A program made the position numbers and the translations under genes. Below are positions 57,404 through 64,000 of a stretch of DNA of 64,000 nt, piece by piece (position 1 is the stretch's first letter; each line of letters starts with the position of its first letter). The notes below the pieces were generated by a model. The model was not told where the DNA came from. It searched no databases and was given only the letters and a program-made list of their open reading frames with translations. The stretch is from the human T2T-CHM13v2.0 reference genome, Homo sapiens, in NCBI RefSeq assembly GCF_009914755.1, contig NC_060930.1; one strand, given 5' to 3'.

Positions 57404-58744
57404 TCAGCATTCTCCAGGTGAATCACCTTAAACTTGAAGAAATAAAATCAGTTATTCAAAGGAATAAAATAACCGGATTCAGGCCCTTCTCTAATTGCTC
57501 CTCCACACTGCGGCCAGAGTGATCTCAAAACCCAGATCTGATTGTCGTCTGCCCTGCTTACAATGCTACAATGGCACTGCATTTCTCTAGGACAAAGCCT
57601 CGCTGCCTTTGTGTGGCCCGGCCTGTGTGCACACTCTGCAGGGAACCCTCTTCCCCACCGCGGCTCTCTCCTCTGACCTCCCGTCCACTCCTCCCGCTCG
57701 GTGCACCTCCTCAGGGAAGCTCGCCCTTCGTCTGAGTCAGGCTGCTTTGCTGGAGAACTTCGTGGACCGAGGTTCTTTCCCTCCTTCCCGCCCGTCCTGC
57801 TCTTTAGTGCGATGCAAGCGACCAGGGATGTGTCTGTTGTTGTTCTTTGTGGTGCTAGCACCTTCCACAGTGCCTGGCCACGTAGAGATATTCAAACCAT
57901 ACACATTGATGGAGTCCCAGGAATGCAACAAAAATCCTCCAAGACCCGTCTTCCAAGTTCAAAGTGTCTGGGCTCAGAAGGAGAGCCTTTCTGGGTCCTC
58001 GAGGGGAAACCAGCTCTCCTAAGTCCTCCTTTGGGTCCAGGGGCTGAATCCATAGCACTTTCCCATGAAGCCCGTTCCTGCTGGGTCCCCGGTTTCCAAG
58101 GCTCTCCTGCAAGGGGAACTGGGCGCCACCGGAATTCGGTAAAACCCTCAAGTCTGATGCAGATGCTCCCAGGTTATAGAGGTGAAGTGTTTTCATGTTT
58201 TCTTCCTAAACCCTAAGCTGAAAATGGGGTGATTTTTTCTTCTATTCTCTGTCATCCAAAGGTCAAATCTGCTTCTCCAATAATTACCTTCTCTTTTTGG
58301 CCGGCAGGGTAAAAAGCACTTCTTTTGTTATCCTCATCTGACAATAAGCCCTCTAACCACCATTTCTTTTGCAATATTGGTATAAGTGCTCTAGACACAG
58401 GATGTGAGGAAAAACCTTAAGTCTTGCCTGAGCCGGTGGTCACAGATGATCTCAAGCCTGTATTCCAGAGGCCACAGGATGCTACGCCCTCTAGAATTAT
58501 TTTCGGTGCACATTCACTTTTCTCTCCATGTTCTCTTAACTCCAATGATGACTGTCTGTGCCTCCACAGCCATTTTGCTCCAGCCTACAGCATTTTTAGC
58601 AAAGCGCTTCTCTGTCTTTCCTCGCCTTAAGGATAGGCAGGAGGCGGATGAATCGGAGCTCGCGTAAAGCAGAAGATGAGGTATCCTGCAAATGATCCTC
58701 ACTCAGTGTTTTTATCCTGTTTTTTAAAAAGCTTTTATATCCAG

Positions 58745-59056
<312 letters not shown>

Positions 59057-59088
59057 CTAGAGACATTTTTCAAGCCCCTTGTATGAGG

Positions 59089-59111
59089 ACACACACACAC
59101 ACACACACACA
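59089..59111. repeat. (AC)n microsatellite
   Basis: Read directly. Confidence 0.9.
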
Positions 59112-59869
59112 AATCCTCATAAAATTCAGCACCTGAAAATATCCATCTCTCTAGCCAGTTTTCTTTAATCAAGCAATGTGAACTTCATAATCTGTCCAAC
59201 CACCCTTATGTCCTGAATTAATAACTTCTAGAATGAGCATTAAATTTATCCATCTCACCCTTGACCTCTCTGCGCTCCTTCTAACCTCTATTTTCACTGA
59301 CCTACTTTCTACACACTTTAGTATTTTAAGCCACCTCTAAACTCTTTTAAAAGTAGACAGGGCACAAGTGATTAAAAAAATCTTTTCTTAATAGTCAAAG
59401 TTTCCTTAATCTTAGGAAACAACATTCTCTTAACAGAGTAGTTCAGAATCACTTAAAAAAATAATGCCTGAGCCTGCGAGAGCTAAACTGTCACTGTGAA
59501 CTAATAACTTCAGGTCTGTTCCACAGCAAACTCGGTTTCTTGTCATTTAAGTTTCTCAAGCTCTGGGTTTTTCCCTCCCATGCCAAATCTATCATTCAGG
59601 CTCAGCCCTTGGAGGTTTTCTTCAGGCTCCAAGAAAACCAACCTCACAGAAACTGCTGAAGCGTGGCAAGCTTGTCTTGTTCGGGTTTGGATGAATATTT
59701 TATACAAAAAACCTCTGGATATCCTTCCAAAGTTGAGCCCAAGGACTCAAGATCAAGGGAGAAAGAGGTTTAGCTCCCAATACAATCTAATAGCAAGCAC
59801 ATTTTAGTCTTGGGAAGCCTCAGACTGAATTAGGGACAAGGGACCAGGCTGAGCAGTCCCTCCCTTTGA

Positions 59870-60330
59870 ACTATTTTGACTCACAACACGTCTGAGACCA
59901 AATATGTGGATTTTTTCCTTCAAAACCAGTTCCCAATCTCTCAGACACCAACTGGTTGTCCTGCAATTCAATTCCATTCTGCTGATAACTTCTGGAGTAA
60001 GCACAGACCCCACCAGTTGGGGGCTCGGCCCTGTAAGACCACCTGGATTGCATGCACCAGGCTGAACTCCAAGCCACCAGTGCTTCTCACCAACTGGCTA
60101 TAAAGTGGGGAGGGGTTCCCACAATCCCCTCTGCAGGTTCAAGAATTTGCTGGAACAGCTCACAGAACTCAGGAAAGTACTTTACTTACTATTACCAGTT
60201 TATTATAAAGGATCTAACTCAGGAACAAACAAATGCATAGGAAAAGGGAGGGGGCGTGGAGCTTCCATGCCCTCTCTGAACAGCCGCCCAGCACTTCAGT
60301 GTGTTCACAACCCCAGAAGGTCCCGAGGCT
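59870..60330. mobile_element. MER21-like LTR fragment
   Basis: gacaccaactggttgtcctgcaattcaatt...ctcacagaactcaggaaa..actttactta...tttattataaaggat. Confidence 0.65.
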
Positions 60331-60346
60331 GTTGTTTAGGAGTAAG

Positions 60347-60905
60347 TGAAGCAAAATAGCTTGGAACAGTCTGAACTATGCGAGGTATGCAAAATGTACC
60401 AGGCCCAGGGAGACCTGAGTCCCACAGCATATAGCTGTAACTTCAGCTTCTTAGATTGTAGATCAACTCTCTTCCTCCTTGTTCTTGTTCTTTAAATGAC
60501 TAGGAGAGATCAGAGGCCAGACCTCCCCTCTTCCAACCACTGACCCTTCTTGTAGATTAACTGCCTCCTTTACTGTCTTGTACCTAACTTCAACCAGATG
60601 GTGCAAAAGACCCCATGACACATCTTCCATATGGAATGTGAAATATGCCTTCCCTGAAAGAAAAAAACACCTTGACTAATCAGACCATTTGTGACTACGC
60701 ATTAAGCCTTGTATAGAAGGATGCTGACATTCTACTAAGCACCCCCTGAATTTGTCTATATAAATGATTCCAAACTTCCACACTTTGGAACATTGACTTT
60801 CATTCTTTGGAATCTGTGCTTCCTGGGCAGCCATCTTGAAACTTGGAGCTTGAATAAACTTTCTTTAAACTAGATTCTGACCCTTTTGATTATTTTAGGT
60901 TGACG
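60347..60905 (+). mobile_element. ERV1 LTR (MER34/MER39-like)
   Basis: Ends aataaac...ctgacccttttgattattttaggttgac. Confidence 0.55.
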
Positions 60906-61019
60906 ATATCATTTTATATCAGGGACGTGAGTATCCAAGGATTTTGGTATCCTCAGGGGTCCTGAAACCAATACTGCTGAGGACATGGAGAGACATGATA
61001 ATTCAGGTCTGCGGGTGAT

Positions 61020-62830
61020 AAATTCTTTCATCTTTTATATCTTCAACAAAGTTTAGCATTCATTTCTGAAAGATGTTTTCAGTCGATATCATAAGATTCC
61101 TGGTTGACTTTTTTTTCCCGATACTTCAGATGTTGCTCCACTAACTTCTCACTTGCATTGTTTCTGACAAGAAATCTGCCATGAGTCTTGTCTTTGTTTC
61201 TCTGTACATAATGTGTCTTTTTTCTCTGGTTGCTTTTAGGATTTCGTTCTTATCACGGGTTCTGAACAGTTTGGTTGTGATGTGTCTCGTGGTTTTCTTC
61301 ATGTTTCTTGTGCTTGAGGTTTCCTTGTGTGGAGCTACTTAGATCTGTGGGTTGGTTAGTTTTCAACAAAATTGCACATTTTTCAACTCTTATTTTTTCA
61401 AATATTTATTCTGTCCTTCCTCTCTCTCCTCCACTTCAGGGACCTTAATTATGGATTAAGCTGATTAAAGTTTCCCACTGATACAGAACAGCTGGGCTTC
61501 TGGCTAAACCTCAGCCTTGAGCTTGGAACTGTGGCCCTAAGTGAAAACAGCTGACCTTGCTTTTCCACCCAAAAGTTGCTTTTTGGCCTGCCACACCCCT
61601 ATTCTGTGCCCATAAAAAGACTTCAGCTGGCAGAGCAACACAAGCAGCTGATGCAAGCAGTCAGGGATGCAGGCCGCCGAGTGTCAGGGATACAAGTGGC
61701 TGAGTGGCAAGCAGAAAGGCATCAACTGAATGTCAGAGATTACGGATAGACGCAGATAACTTCAGACAGTGCGGCTTCAGGGAAAGGTCGCCTTCTTCCT
61801 GCACCCTTCTTCCCATACCATCCCCTTTCCAACTCCCCATTCTGCTGAGAGCCATATCCATCACCCAAGAAAATCCTCCACATACACTACCCTTCAATCC
61901 GTTTGAGTTACCTGATTCTTCCCGAACACCAAACAAGAACCTGAGTGCCGAGAGGACAGGGGTTTGGATGCTGCCACAGGCCTGCACAGAGCCTGCTCCC
62001 ACCAGAGAGGAGTGACCAGCTGGTTCCAGTGTTCATTCCCTCTGTTTCCCACGCTCACTTGCTCACACACTCCCTCTCACGAGGAGTGGCCAGCAGCAGG
62101 CTGAAGGAAACAAGCCACTCCAGTTCCCACCCACAAAGGGGGTCAAGGTCAAAGGAACTGTCCCATCTCACCACACTCAGTGATGGACCATTTATTAAAT
62201 TCTTCTTTCTCTGTGTGTTTCCTGTTGGGTCATCTCCGCCATTGTCTTGAAGTTTACGAATCTTTCTTCTGGAATCTCTTCCATGGTCATTAATCCCATC
62301 CAACGTATTTTTCATCTCAGCCAGTGTAGCTTTCATCTCTGAAAGTTTATTTTGGGTCCTTTTTATATCTTCCATGTCTCTCCTTAACTATTTGAACATA
62401 CAGAATACAGGTATTGTGATTATTTCAATATCCTTGTCTGCTCATTCTAACATCTGTGCTAGTTCTGACTTGGTTTTGATTGATTTAGTTTTCACCTCAT
62501 TACAGATTGAATTTTTATGCTTCTTTGAATACCTGGTAATTTTTTATTAGATGTCAGACATTAGGGATTTTGCCTTGTTGAATACTGGATATTTTTGTAT
62601 TCTTATAAATATTCTTGGACAAATTAAGTGACTTGGAAACAGTCTCAGTTTTGCTTGCTTGCTTTGAATACTTCTTAGGTGGGACTGAGCCATGATTAAT
62701 CTAGGACTCATTCCTCCTCATTACTGAGGTAAAACCTTTCTGAGTGCTGTACCCAATGCCCAATAAGGTGAAACATGAAGTTTTCTAGTCTGGCTTATGG
62801 GAACAGGTGCTACTCCTGGCCCTATCTCAC
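61020..62830 (-). mobile_element. Old L1M ORF1-region fragment interrupted by an LTR
   Basis: tgcattgtttctgacaagaaatctgc...; the ORF 62055-62375 (-) coiled-coil-like start (LSEMKATLAEMKNTLDGIN) resembles L1 ORF1p. Confidence 0.7.
61479..62170 (+). mobile_element. ERV1 solo LTR (LTR1/LTR27/LTR28 group)
   Basis: tgatacagaac...ggaactgtcccatctca; TSD CCAC. Confidence 0.7.
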
Positions 62831-63168
62831 TGTTTAACTAAAATATTTAAAAACAACACAGGAGTTTAAAAAAATTCAGAACTGTCACAGGTTGCCATAA
62901 TTAGAAATTGCACATGGATCTGATAAAATGTTGTTCTATCAGCTAACACTGGAGTTCCACTCAGGAAGAGGATGGACTTTGGTTTTGAAAATACCTTGAG
63001 AGGTCACTCTAGTTCGGAGGTGAGGCTTCAACAGTTTATCTGGAAGGAGGCAGTGAAAAAAGAGAGCCAAAATGGTCTGTGTAAGAGGTTAGGAGAAATC
63101 TGGGTATGGTGGAAGGAAGTGAATTAATTAAGGCAAAAGGTCGAGGGAAGGGAGACAGGAGGCCAGAT

Positions 63169-63876
63169 TGTTCCTGGAACCGAGCCGGGTCTGGCTGTGT
63201 TTTCTCGTGGCCCAATAACGAGAAGCAGACAAACTAGGAAAGAAGGGAATTTCTTGTAGTAACCAGATACAGGGAGAAGGTCAGAGATAATTCCACTAGA
63301 CCAACTCAAAGTGTTACAATTTTCTTAGTGCTTATATAGATTGGGGTCATATGCCTATGTGCAGTATCACATTCACCTAAGTCTATGGGTAACTAATTTC
63401 GTTTCAACTAGAAGATCAGAGGCCAAAAAATGCTTTCTAAGTCTGATCAAGCTGTGAGGGCCCCAGTACCTTCAAGGCCTGTCTCCTAAATTCTATTTAA
63501 TGAGGACTGTGGTACCAGAGTGATTATTCCTATCTTATCTCATTTGCAGTTTGGTCCAGAGAGCTGCCTTAAACTCTCCCATAAATCTATTCAAACAGCT
63601 GCCTCAGTTACCTTGACTCATCTCAGACTTCATTAACCTGAGATGGGTCCTGGCACGAGGAGTGTAAGGCTGTCTCCATCATCTTGGCTTGCTCCAGCTT
63701 TGGGAGAAGACTGTGTAGGAAGTGTGTTTCATTTCTGGCTTTGATGTCTGGGCATCAATTTCCCTGGGTTTAATTATTAGCTTAATGTTGAGGCAGTGCT
63801 GTGGAAATGTGTCTGTGTAGCTGGGGTGCTCTGCAGGCCTGTTTGTGTGATGGTCAGGGAGAATTGACCTGCCACA
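63169..63876 (-). mobile_element. ERVL-class solo LTR (LTR42/LTR47-like)
   Basis: Minus strand starts tgtggcaggtcaattctccc and ends ...ccaggaaca; related to 31893-32767. Confidence 0.6.
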
Positions 63877-64000
63877 GCTGGCCCAGAAGCGGGTAGAGAT
63901 ATAGGCAGTGAAATAGAAACTCTTCATGAGATGGACAAAAGACCGAAGCAGGGGTGTCTAATATTCAATTTTAGGTTTGATTCATATCTAACATTAGACT

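Overview
Human (primate) genomic DNA. I recognise the window as the 3' end of the palmitoyltransferase gene ZDHHC14 (human 6q25.3, from recall) plus about 50 kb of downstream intergenic sequence. It contains the end of the last intron, the terminal coding exon (8748-9146, ending in the PDZ ligand LSSV, with two in-frame acceptors 45 nt apart) and a 3' UTR with candidate proximal (9941) and distal (14151) AATAAA signals. The rest is repeat-dominated: many Alus, old L1/MLT fragments, several minisatellites, and a dense cluster of ERV LTRs (about 32-49 kb) around a ~5.9-kb two-LTR HERV-H provirus on the minus strand. I found no convincing new protein-coding system; almost all listed ORFs come from repeats. 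The most interesting observations are: structurally discordant HERV-H LTRs (an extra 51-bp SOX-motif repeat in the 5' LTR), a G-to-A damage pattern in that provirus, a near-full-length U2 snRNA pseudogene split by an LTR, a distant branch point/AG-exclusion zone before the last exon, a ~130-bp templated copy inserted into an MLT LTR, and an old local duplication dated by nested insertions. Repeat subfamily names are from memory of consensus sequences and need RepeatMasker/Dfam confirmation.
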